Below are positions 12,562 to 24,398 of a DNA stretch of 64,000 nucleotides, in pieces. Within the stretch, counting starts at the first letter, position 1, and each line of letters opens with the position of its first letter. Below the pieces are notes generated by a model, which had not been told where the DNA came from, searched no databases, and saw nothing but the letters and a program-made list of their open reading frames with translations. The DNA is from the human T2T-CHM13v2.0 reference genome, Homo sapiens: the NCBI RefSeq assembly GCF_009914755.1, contig NC_060935.1. The stretch is one strand, 5' to 3'. Made by a program: the position numbers and the translations under genes.

Positions 12562-14879
12562 AATTCATATGGAACCAAAAAAGAGCCTGATTAACCAAAC
12601 CAAGACTAAGCAAAAAGGACAAATCTGGGGGCATGACATTACCCAACTTCAAACTATACTATAAGGCTATAGTTAACAAAAGAGCATGGTACTGGTATAA
12701 AAACAGGCATGTAGACCAATGGAACAGAATAGAGAACCTAGAAATAAAGCCAAACACTTATAGCCAACTGATCTTTGACAAAGCAAACAAAAACATACAG
12801 TGGGGAAAGGACACCCTATTCAACAGATGGTGCTAGGATAATTGGCAAGCCACATGTAGAAGAATGAAACTGGATCCTCATCTCTCACCTTACAGAAAAA
12901 TCAACTCAACATGGATGAAAGATTTAAATCTAAGACCTGAAACTATACAAATTCTAGAAGATAGCATCTAGACATAGTCCTAGGAAAACAATTCATGGCC
13001 AATAACCCAAAATCAAATGCAACATAAGCAAAGATAAATAAGTGGGACTTAAACGTAAAAGTTTCTGCATGGCAAAAGAAATAATTATCAGAATAAACAG
13101 AAAACTTGCAGAGTGGGAGAAAATATTCACAAACTGTGCATCCAACAAAGGACTAATATCCAGAATCTACAAGGAATCCAAACAAATCAGCAAGCAAAAC
13201 CCGAACATTTCCATCAAAAAGTGGGCTAAGGACATGAATGGACAATTCTTTAAAGAAGATATACAAATGACAAACAAACATAAAAAAATGCTCAAAATTA
13301 CTAATCATCAGAGAAATGCAAATTAAAACCACAATGTGATACCGCCTTACTCCTGCAGGAATGGCCATAATCAAAAAATCAAAAACTAATAAATGTTGGC
13401 ATGGATGTGGTGAAAGGGAACACTTTTACACTGCTGTTGGGAATGTAAACTAGTACAACCACAATGGAAAACACCATGGAGATTCCTTAAAGAACTAAAA
13501 GTAGAACTGCCATTTGATCCAGCAATCCCACTGCTGGTTATCCACCCAGAGGAAAAGAAGTCATTTTATGAAAAATATGCTTGCACAGACACATTTATGG
13601 CAGCACAATTCGCAATTGCAAAATCATGGAACCAGCCTAATTGTCCATCATCCAAGGAGCCGAGTGGATAAAGACAATGTATATATCACAAAAATATATA
13701 TATCACAATATATAATACATATCACAAAATATGTATATCTATATACCATAAAATACTACTCAGCCTAAAAAGGAATGAAATAATGGCATTTGCAGCAGCC
13801 TGGATAGAGTTGAAGACCATTATTCTAAGAGAAGTAACTCAAGTATGGAAAGCCAAATATTGTATGTTCTCACTTATAAGTGGGAGCTAAGCTATGATAA
13901 CACAAATGCATTATGATAATATAATGGACTCTGGGGTCTTGGGGGAAAGGGTCGGAGTGGTGTGATGGATAAAAGGCTGCACATTGGGTGCAGTGTACAC
14001 TGCTTGGGTGATGGGTGCACTAAAATCTGAGAAATCACCACTAAAGAACTTATCCATGTCACCAAACACCACCAGTCCTCCAAAAACTATCAAAATAATA
14101 ATTTTAAAAACCAGTTTGTCATTCTTTTAAAACTCTAAAACTTTACCTATGATACAGTAATCCCATTCTAGATCTTTGCCTAAGAAAAATGACCTGTACA
14201 TGAATGTTTGTCATAGCTTTACTCATAATCACCCCAAAGTGAAAATGACCCAAGTATACTTCAGCTATGAATGAATAAATCAAATGTAGCACAGTCATAC
14301 ATATTCATCAATAGAAAAGAAGCTACTGATAAATGCAAAATATGGATGTTCTATAAGTAAAATAAGCTAGAATAAAAAGGCTACATGTTGCATGATTCCC
14401 TTTGTATACTACCTGTAAAAGTAAATTTATGGCAAAAGGAAATAGATCTGTCGTTGCCAGAGGCTGAGGTTTGGGAAAGGGATTAACTCAAGGGCACACC
14501 ACAAGGATTTGTGGTAGCAGTTACAACCATTGGATAAATTTGTTAAAACCATAGAACTGTACCCCCCAAAATATACATTTTACTCTTTTAAAATAAGAAA
14601 TTAAATATATTATAATAGGAAATAAATCAATGATAGAATCTGTCCTCCAGATAGTTATTCCAATTTAATTGGTCTAGAGGTGTGCTTGGGCATTAGTATT
14701 TTGTTTTTATATTAACTCTGATTTCTTGATTTTCACAAGAATTCAATGGGGAGTTGCTACCATTTCATTCTCCTTCATGAAATCTAGATTGGAACCACAA
14801 AGTCCATGAGTCCATGTCTGGAAGCCAAGAGCACAAATATCAAAAGTTTAAGGATGTGATTTCTATGGGACCACTGAGA

Positions 14880-15160
14880 CTTTCTGGGCTGGAACCCAGA
14901 AGACCTATGTTTGTAATTCTGGCTCTGTCACCTACTTGCTATTTGTTCTTGGGCAAGAGAAATGGAATCTTGGTAGTATACTTAGCTTTAGTTATAACAT
15001 GATGGGTTTGAACAAATGAGCTCTACACTCTCTTTCACCTCTGTCATGCTAAGATACAAGAGCTAAAAATTCTAGACTGGTCTTTCATTTGCTTTCAGTA
15101 TAGTAACTAATTCTTCTGAGCCTCAAATTCTCTGTGTATTAAATTGGAAAAGACAATGTA
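14880..15160 (+). mobile_element. MIR fragments
   Basis: Core-like motifs ctggctctgtcacctacttgct...ttgggcaag and ttctgagcctcaaattctc...taaattgg. Confidence 0.55.
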
Positions 15161-15689
15161 ATCAAAAAATTAGTGAGTAGAGGGAAAACCATACACTGCC
15201 TCTATCTGTGATCTTACCAGCCAATAAAACAGAAACTTCGATTTTCTTAGGCATAATCAGCATAAACTACTAACCACCCCCTCTCCCATTTTTACACCTT
15301 CTACCCACAGGAGTAGAAATTATTTATCTGTTTGCTAAAATGGCAAGAGATTGACAGTCATTCATATTTCTCTACCGAGGAAAAAAGGCATATGCCCAAG
15401 GTCACTCACAAAGGGAACCTTTCTCTGAAGGGCTGTCTGCCCTCATCTACATATGCCTCAGGTCAGTCCTCCTCTCAGCTCAGTGCTCACCTAATTCTCC
15501 CTACAGGCAGATCCCAGATTTGAAGTTGAAAGTAAAAGTTGGGGAGTATGAGGAAGCCCATTTTGGTCACAAAGAGCTATGGGCTAGTTAATGTTTAATA
15601 ACTGCCTTTCTGCCTTTCTGGCCGGGACAGAGGATGGGAAGGGGCAATACATTGTAATTTTATCCTTTTTTAATATTCAAAGGGTAAGT

Positions 15690-15805
15690 ATTCTTACCGT
15701 GGTAGATTTCAAACTACCACAGTGATGTCAACGCATGCAAAGTTGGAAAGAGATGTGCATAATTGGATTTTGCTCTTGCAAATCAGCAGCTCCAGCATAC
15801 CCCTG
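15690..15805 (-). mobile_element. MER63-type hAT DNA transposon fragment
   Basis: gatttcaaactaccacagtgatgtca...gttggaaagagatgtgcataattgg...gctccagcatacccctg resembles a MER63 terminus. Confidence 0.65.
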
Positions 15806-16149
15806 GTGACAGACACATATCTAAGACATGTAGCCTAGTCAAATTTCACAAGCAATAAAGCTGATAGTTGGAAACAAATTACATTAATATCATTTCTTAC
15901 TAATCAGATTTTCAAATACAAAAAACCTTGAAAATATAGCCTCTTGGTAAGGTTTGTCTCATAATTGTTGCTGGGAGTGCAAACTATTATTCACTCCTAT
16001 TGAAGTGACAGTGTCTATAGAGAATATACACATGTTTGCTCTAAAGTAATCAAATTCCTTAACTAATCAGTAGATACCAAAACACAGAATGGGAAATTGC
16101 TGGCCAGCAGAAATTCACACTACTCAAAGTATGACAGATCATTTTTTAG

Positions 16150-16720
16150 CTATAAATGGAAAAAGTTACTTTTAAAATAGGAAAAGCATGTAGCAGATAC
16201 CACCTTAATTAAAAGATCAAATTGATGTTTCCATTTATGGGAGAAACTGATATTATGTATGCATTGGACTGAGAAGGACACCTCTGTCTTTATAGTATTG
16301 CTGCTAAAGAAAGATAAGAATAATTAGAAGAGTGTTCCTGTTGCATCTGGGTTTTCTTTAAGCCATTAAGGATCTTATTTGGCCAACTGGTTTTTTTTTA
16401 ATTGCCTTTCTGAATGTAATATTTTTATTGTGATCATGTAGGAGAATAATCCTTGTCCTTAGGAGATACATACTGAAATATTTAGGGGGAAGTGTTATGA
16501 TGTCTTCAACATTCTCTAAAGTGGTTCCAAAATAATAGTCTAAACCTATATGAATGAATGGTAAAGTGAATGAGAGATATAAAACAAGTAATTTGTTAAT
16601 GATTAGCAAAACTAAGCAAATAATATACATACTGCTGTTCATTGAACTATTATATTCAATCCTGACACTGTATAATAAATGTTTTCAAAATAAAAATGAA
16701 AAATAAAAAATTGGATATGA
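16150..16720 (+). mobile_element. Old L1MC-type 3' UTR fragment
   Basis: ccttgtccttaggagatacatactgaaatatttaggggg...ttttcaaaataaaaa is typical of L1MC 3' ends. Confidence 0.65.
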
Positions 16721-17026
16721 AGTTAAATATATATATATTTACAAGTATGTTTTTTATGGTGTTGATGCAACACAGTGTTGCAAACCAATTCAATTTTAAT
16801 TTTAGGAATGTGGTTAATTAAATTTGTGATATCTATATGATAGGTACAGAAGTTAAACTGATGATATACATTGTTCATTTACAGAGGTTGCCTTTGGGTG
16901 TTGGGATTCAACCAATTTGATTCTTTTTCTTTTCCCTTATCTCTTTTCTCTGGCTTTCTTTTTGTTTAAGTTTTGTTTCATTGCAAAATTTAAACATTAA
17001 AATATATCAAATACAGCAAAGCTTAA

Positions 17027-17361
<335 letters not shown>

Positions 17362-19329
17362 AAGTAATATTCTTTTAAAAGACAAAAATGTAGGTTCTCA
17401 ATTGATATCTACTAGATATGTGAGAATACACTAGATATGTGAAAATCTGAAAAAGAGATTTTTCAAATCTCTTTAAAAAATGTTCTATCACTTCTGGAAT
17501 GTAAATGCTTCTCAGTGATTTTTTCCACAAGTCTATTTCTTGGGGAATTTTTTTTTCTTCATAGCTGTAATATTTTGATATGTGATATGTAAAGAGTTTC
17601 TTAATTATTATGCATTTTGTAATTATTGCATGCACCTATAACCAGGTTTTTTAGAATTGTGTTTTGGAGGCATGGTGGTATTTTACTAATGAAAATAGTA
17701 TGTAGGTATTTTAAAAATAATTTTTGTAAATAAAGGAGCAAGTGAATTTTTAAGTATCAGAATATTACTCCCCTTTTCTTTTTACATATATATATATGTA
17801 CAACTTACACTCTTTTGCCATATTTTTGTACATTGATTCTCAAATGCCATCAAGAGTCACATATAAAAGCAACAGTGAAAACAGTACCACAATGGATGGA
17901 ATGTGTTGATGATTATTAACTGCATAAAAATTACATTGACTGCTATCCCTCAGCAATTCGCTCACACTCACTGCATGAATACTTTGCCATTATTTTTTTC
18001 TTAATATGATTTTTTGCTTATTACAATTATTTTTACTGAAAACTACTATATATTTACTTTACTGAATATTACTTTCCACAAAATATTCAATTGTCATTGA
18101 CCATCCTATAGAAGTTCAAGTTTCTTCTTAAAAGTTTTCTCTCTCATTTAATTTTAAAAATATAATGATTCTGTGACACTAGATACTTCAAAAACCCCAG
18201 TCAGAAACAATCTTTGGTAGATCTAAGTCTATATTTTGGGGGTAAAAATATGCCCTGACCTCTTGCGCCTCTTGTGATGAATTGAGGACATGGTGTGTCA
18301 TACTGTTATCTTGGGCACACCTCTGTTTTCAAACTTTCTAAATCCCTGAATTATTTTTAAAGCATCAGAAAGGTTAAAATTCAAAATCTTTGAAATGGTC
18401 CTCTGAGAGATAAGTCCCGTATACCCTTAGTGCCCTGTACAGTAATCTCCTTTATGCTATTTGGGCTCACTAGAAATAGAATCATCGTCATTATAAAGCC
18501 TCCCAAGATCAGGAGGCACAGTGTGGAAGCAAGGCCATTAATGCAGAGCTCATGTGTCTGCCACTGATGGCTCTTATAACTTCTTTTCTTTCAGTGCCCC
18601 AAGCAGCAGGTGTTGCAACAGCTGTTTTGCTTCCTCTGCTGGAAGCACCGAGCTCCAGGATGATTCCCAGTGGCATCATTTTAGAGCTCAGAGTACATGT
18701 CTGTCTATGTTCCACGGTCTGAGCAACAGGATCATTAAAATCCATTAGAAGCCAGTGACATGGGGTTCCCAGCAGACCATAGTTTCTCATTTGCTTGTGA
18801 AGGCTGAAACATGAGAACCAACATGCAACCAGGGCTTGCAAAGCCCTGGCAGATCTAAATTTTACTTTTCAAGGTATTGCTGATGGTAAAAATCTTCCAA
18901 GAGCTCTCAGGGCATAGTGCAAGAAACTCTGGGCTTGGATTCCAAACAGCAAGGGTTAAATTGACTCAGATCCAAGCCACTCCAAGGAAAATATTCAGTG
19001 TTATTATCTCTGATATATTTGTTGCAAAAATTAGAAAGATGAAAACAGTTTGGCATGTTTATTACAATGTTAATACATATGAGTATAATAAAATAAGAGT
19101 GTACTTTTATTTAAGAAAAACATTTAAATATATTTGGTAACTTAGAGGAAGAGGAGATGCCATGGTGAGTTACAGTTAGGGGCATCCTGTTGGATGCTGG
19201 GCAGAACAAAGTGCAAGACAGGCCTCCTAGTGTTTCTGGCTTCTGTCACCAAGATTTTTAACAGAAGTAAGTGAGTATGGGGTACGAGTTGAAATAAGAA
19301 CGAAAAATTTTAAGACAGTTTTCATTCTC

Positions 19330-19525
19330 TGGCACTTAGTGGTCTGCCTGGCCCCACGGTAGGTATTTAAGGCGCATTTCCTCATCTTCATGATACCCCT
19401 ATGGGATAGGTATTGTTAAACACCTTTTATGGAAGAAGTGACCCATGTCTGGAAAAAATAACTTTTTCAAGTTCTTACCTCATTAAGTGGCAGAACTGAA
19501 GTAGGTCTCTGTCACTGACTCTACA
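19330..19525 (-). mobile_element. MIR
   Basis: catcttcatgatacccctatgggataggtattgtt...ttttatggaagaagtgac...taagtggcagaactg. Confidence 0.6.
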
Positions 19526-19782
19526 TTCTGTGCTCTGTTATCTAGTAGGTGAGGGACACTATTGTCACTGATAGTGGAGGTTCTCCGAACAGTTCTGAAG
19601 ATCTTTAAATGGTTTGTGAAATGGTACTCAATTCAAAGCATAAAGTAGTGAAAATAATCTATTTTAAGCAAACCACAGATTTTGATGATAATAATAGCTA
19701 GAATTGCGAATGCTTACTATGCTAGATGCTATGCTGAGTTATTATATATACTTCCTTAATTCTCACAGTCCACAAAATTTAA

Positions 19783-20205
19783 TGTGAGAGACATGGAAAT
19801 GAGTAACTCAGATTTCCCTTCAATCAAGGACCAGCTGCCCCAGTTGTAGGGAGTGAGATCGGCAGACAATCTCCAGCTGTCATCTCTTTCAGGTTGATCT
19901 CAGATGCAAACAGCCCAAAATCACACACTACCAAGGTAGCCTACATTCAGTAACTGAGCAAGGTAAGTGTATTGATTCTTTAAGCCCTAGATGCGACACT
20001 CTGATGGACAATTGTCTCTCCAGAGCCCCAACCTAGTTGGTCAAGACTGTGAGGCCTGCATCTCAGTTTGTTTTCTTCATCTGCCCAATCCTGGCTCCCA
20101 ATCTCTCCCCACCTATTTTTTGGTTATAGTTGTTGACTGTTACTAAGCACCTTAAATCTCAAACTTTGACTTAGCATCTGCTTCTAGGGATCCCAACATG
20201 CCACA
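19783..20205 (+). mobile_element. LTR16-family (ERVL) solo LTR
   Basis: TG...CA termini. Matches LTR16 motifs ctcagatttcccttca, gcccaatcctggc and catctgcttctagggatcccaacatgccaca. Confidence 0.75.
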
Positions 20206-20389
20206 ACTAACGATGCTCAAAATATTTTTGGAGTTTATATTTGGAATTGCCTCTACAAGTCACAGAAGAAATTCTTTTTTCCAACTTGACTTCACTTGGT
20301 TATAATAATGGTATTATTCAAGTTAAATGACAAAGTAGTTTGATATGTTAACTTTGAACAATGGTTGCTCATTTTTAATTACAACATCA

Positions 20390-20640
20390 AATGTTTATTC
20401 AATCAAGAGACATTTATTAAGCATCTCTTATGTAACAGAGATTATTCTAGACACTGGGGGTTCAAAGGCAAATCAAGACTGCCCTTGGGGATATATAGGC
20501 AAATAGAGCAAAAAGTGAGGCATTTAAAAGCATGTGAAATACTTGAGAGAATTTTGTGGGAGGGTTTGGGAGAGAAGTTCTCCATCCCCATCGAGATAAA
20601 ATGTGAATTTTAAAGGATTAGTAGATGTGAAATACATAAC
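20390..20640 (-). mobile_element. L2 3' fragment
   Basis: ttattcaatcaagagacatttattaagcatctcttatgt...ttctagacactgggg. Confidence 0.6.
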
Positions 20641-20747
20641 ACAAACTTAAAAGATTTTAGCTTAGGCTCTGAATATACTTCTAAATTTGAATTTTACAAC
20701 TATATTTGAAACAGTGAAAGCCTAATTAGAATAAGCATATTGTCTCT

Positions 20748-21750
20748 CTTTTTTTCAATTTTGATTGGCATTTCCTTTTTATTTCTTCTAAAAAACAAAC
20801 AAACAAACAAACATGGGATACATGTGCAGAATATGCAGGTTTGTTACATAAGCATATGCGTGCCATGGTGATTTGCTGCACCTATTGACCCATCCTCTAA
20901 GTTCCCTCCCCTCACCCCCCACTCCCCACAGGCCCTGGTGTGTGTTGTTCCCCTGTTCCCATGTGTTCTCATTGTTCAACTCTCACTTATGAGTGAGAAC
21001 GTGCAGTGTTTGGTTTTCTGTTCCTGTGTTAGTTTGCTAAGGATGATGGCTTCCAGCTTCATCTATGTCCCTGCAAAGGACATGATCTCATCCTTTTTAT
21101 GGGTGCATAGTGTTCCATGGTGCATATGTACCACATTTCCTTTATCCAGTCTATCACTGATGGGCATTTGGGTTGGTTCCATGTCTTTGCTATTGTAAAT
21201 ACTGCTGCAATAAACATATGTGTGCATGTGTCTTTACAGTAGAATGATTTATATTCCTTTGGGTATATACTGCTGGGTCAAATGCTATTTCTGGTTTTAG
21301 ATCCTTGAGGAATCACCATACTCTCTTCCACAATGGTTGAATTAATTTACATTCCCACCAACAGGGAAAAAGCATTCCTATTTCTCCACAGCCTTGCCAG
21401 CATCTATTGTTTCCTGACTTTTTAATAATGGCAATTATTAATTATTATATCGCCATTCTGACACGTGAGATGCTATCTCATTGTGGTTTTGATTTGCATT
21501 TCTCTGATGATGGGTGACGTTGAGCTTTTTTTTTCTATTTTCATGTTTGTTGGTCGCATAAATGTCTTCTTTTTAGAAGTGTCTGTTCATATCCTTTGCC
21601 CACTTTTTGATGGGATTGTTTTTTTATTGTAAATTTGTTTAAGTTCCTTGTACATTCTGGGTATTAGACCTTTGTCAGATGTGTAGATTGCAAAAATTTT
21701 CTCCCATTCTGTAGATTGCCTGTTCACTTAGATGATAGTTTCTTTTGCTG
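20748..21750 (-). mobile_element. 5'-truncated L1PA8-type LINE-1
   Basis: L1PA8-like 3' end (tttatttcttctaaaaa...gggatacatgtgcaga). 20-bp TSD agaataagca(t/c)attgtctct (20728-47 / 21751-70). Confidence 0.9.
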
Positions 21751-24398
21751 AGAATAAGCACATTGTCTCTTAAAGTGACTGTTTTTAAAGAGAAAGTACT
21801 TTTTTGCAAATACACATTTTTATATATTTAGGCTTCTTTAGAACACCCATTAATATATGTATCCTATATTTTAGTTTGTTAACTATTTACTACTTTAAGT
21901 TGCTTACTTGTTTCGCTGTACTTGTTTGTCTTCCTAGCTAAATAATGAAGTCAATTGGGGTATTTCTTGTCTGTGAAGGGTAACATGTACAAGTAAGAGA
22001 ACTATATTAAAGGAGACAGGACCTGAGCTGACCCTTAGTAGCTGTCATCATATTCCCCTGTGCTAATTAGGGGTTGGAGAATGACACCATGATCCGTTCA
22101 GCCCATTAGTTAGAGTTTCCTTTTAAAGATAAGTTTTTTAGGTTCTGTGAACAGTGACAGCCCATGGCCTCTGATCATTCCACCATACATCTTTGCTGTG
22201 AATTTCTTTTCTTTCCCTTTGTCCCTCTTCCTCAGTACATGCCCTTCCTAGTGAAAGAAGCCAGCTTTTAGAATTATTCTTTTTTCAAGTCGGAGGGGAG
22301 CAGATTAAAATATCAACTTTGACTTCCTATCTCTTCCACCCCACCCCCTCTTCTCAAACTTATAATTGCATCCTCTATTCTTGGAGAGTGTACTGACAGT
22401 AGTTTTATGACCCAGGATTTTTCAATTTCTTATCCAAAGCCAACTTCATCTCAAGTTTCCAAATTTATGGGCACAGGAGATGACATATGGGATTAAACTC
22501 TTGATAGATTTTCAACAATGACCTGCCTTTGGCAGTAGGCAAGGCTTTCTGAATCTGGAGGAAATGTGGGGAAAACATGCTGTCATGGTGCAGTGGGGTA
22601 TCTTGCTTCCTTTTCAGGCCATTCTCTTTGACCCTTCCTGCTCTTTATCCCTCACCACCCTCCACTCAAACAACCACTAACCCTGATGAACAATTTACAC
22701 TAAGAAGTAGACTCACTCATTCTTTTTTTGAATAGCCTCAATTGTTAAGAGTTAGGAAACTTTGAAGCTCTCATAAAAAAATTAACAGTGACCGACAGAA
22801 AATAAAATGAAACACTTTAGACTGCCGAACCTGACTAAATGGCCATCTGCTTTCCTCAGTGCTTTCTGGGTTTTGTTGTTGTTCTAGATATTTTATTGTT
22901 TGAAGAATTACCTCTCTCCACCTGTGCATTCCTCCAACATCCTCTCTAGGGTTGTCTTCTGATAAAGACAAATTGCATTGTTTTTCTTCATTTTGCTTCT
23001 CATGGTTTTATCTTGGAGATTCCAAAAATCTCTTTCTTTTACATGGTAATACTTATTTGGCTCATTTGCCATAATCTGTGAAGCATACCTTCTCTAAATG
23101 TATTCATTATTCTTTCCTGGCCTTTATCCAGTTTTCCTGATTGGCTTCAGGAGAACTTTACTCTTAAAAGTGCGTCAGGAATGGTAAAATCACATCAACA
23201 AACAGTAGTATAAACAGATGCCTCACATTTAGGAGATTATTTTATAACACTCTTTTCAGCCCAGTATATTTTAAGCATTTATACTTATTATCTCACGTTG
23301 AATATTATACACAGAATTTCTGAATCTGTCATCTCACTCGGGATTAGAAGAACCAATTTATTATTTGAGGGCTCAGAGGTAACTAAAATGTTACCCAAAT
23401 TTTTAAAAATAAGTTTTATCTGGTAGTAATAAATATGGTATTTTTTATGCAAGTAGCATCCTTAATTTACTTCTTTTTGAGAGCAGAAGCACAGTGTTAA
23501 TTTATTCTATGATTTTGAGAATTTCTTTTGAAATAAATTATTTTCTCTGCTACTGTATTACTACACCTAACACAAATTCATACATTTCATCATTATTAGC
23601 CTAGGATAACTAAGTTTAAAAGCATATTTAAATGCATATATATTTTGAAAATATGTCTTGGATGTTGATTCACATTCAGCATGGCTAGACATATAGATTT
23701 TAGATCATACATCTTAGCTTCAAAATGATTTTGTTTTTTCTGTAGTAGTTTAATTCTGAGGAGACAAAGTCTTCGCCTTTGATAGGTAAGAAAGCTTTTG
23801 TTTTTGTTGGATTGTTGCTTAGTTTCTTTTTATCTTGGATGAATGCTTGCAAAATTCTTTTTGATTTTTAACACCTGAAATTCGTCAATGCCAGCTTTGC
23901 ATATCTGGGTGTTTGTTGTTTTATAAACATCACATGAGTCTGATCTACAGATTCAGGTCCTTCAGTTCAGCTAATCTTTTCTATTAGTATACTTTTGTTC
24001 TGTTTACTTCTTGGTTGCAAGTTGGGTGTCAGTTATCTAGAAGAGTTCCCTTTCATCACTATCATTGTCTTTGTCCTCTGAATTCTGAGAGAATTTTTAA
24101 ATCATGTTTTAAATATCCGAAAGTTTTTTTCTAAATATTGTTGATTGGCTTTATGTAGTCTAGATTCTACTCATATTTTCAATTCTGTTGTGACACCATT
24201 TCTTAAAATTTTCTTCTTAAATTGATAATTAGCTCATGCAATATGTTATTAACATCCAATTTTTATTACATTTTAAATATTTATTTTTAATTATAAAAAA
24301 ACACACAACATAACATTATCCTCTTAACCATTTCTAAGTGTAGATTTAGTACCATAAGTATATTCACATTGTTGTACAACACAGCTCCAGAAATATTT

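Larger units (their letters stand above)
9974..14106 (+). mobile_element. L1PB-type LINE-1, 5'-truncated with 5' inversion (9974-10398 minus; 10399-14106 plus)
   Basis: The minus segment encodes the endonuclease motif [16 protein letters not shown]. The plus segment covers ORF2 RT to an L1PB 3' UTR (gggtgcactaaaatctgagaaatcaccactaaagaactt). TSD aaaa(t/cc)agtttgtc (9961-9973 / 14107-14120). Confidence 0.9.

Noticed and set aside
23600-24280. Possible very old L1/HAL1 antisense fragment
   Set aside because: T-rich and suggestive, but too degenerate to assign or bound by eye.
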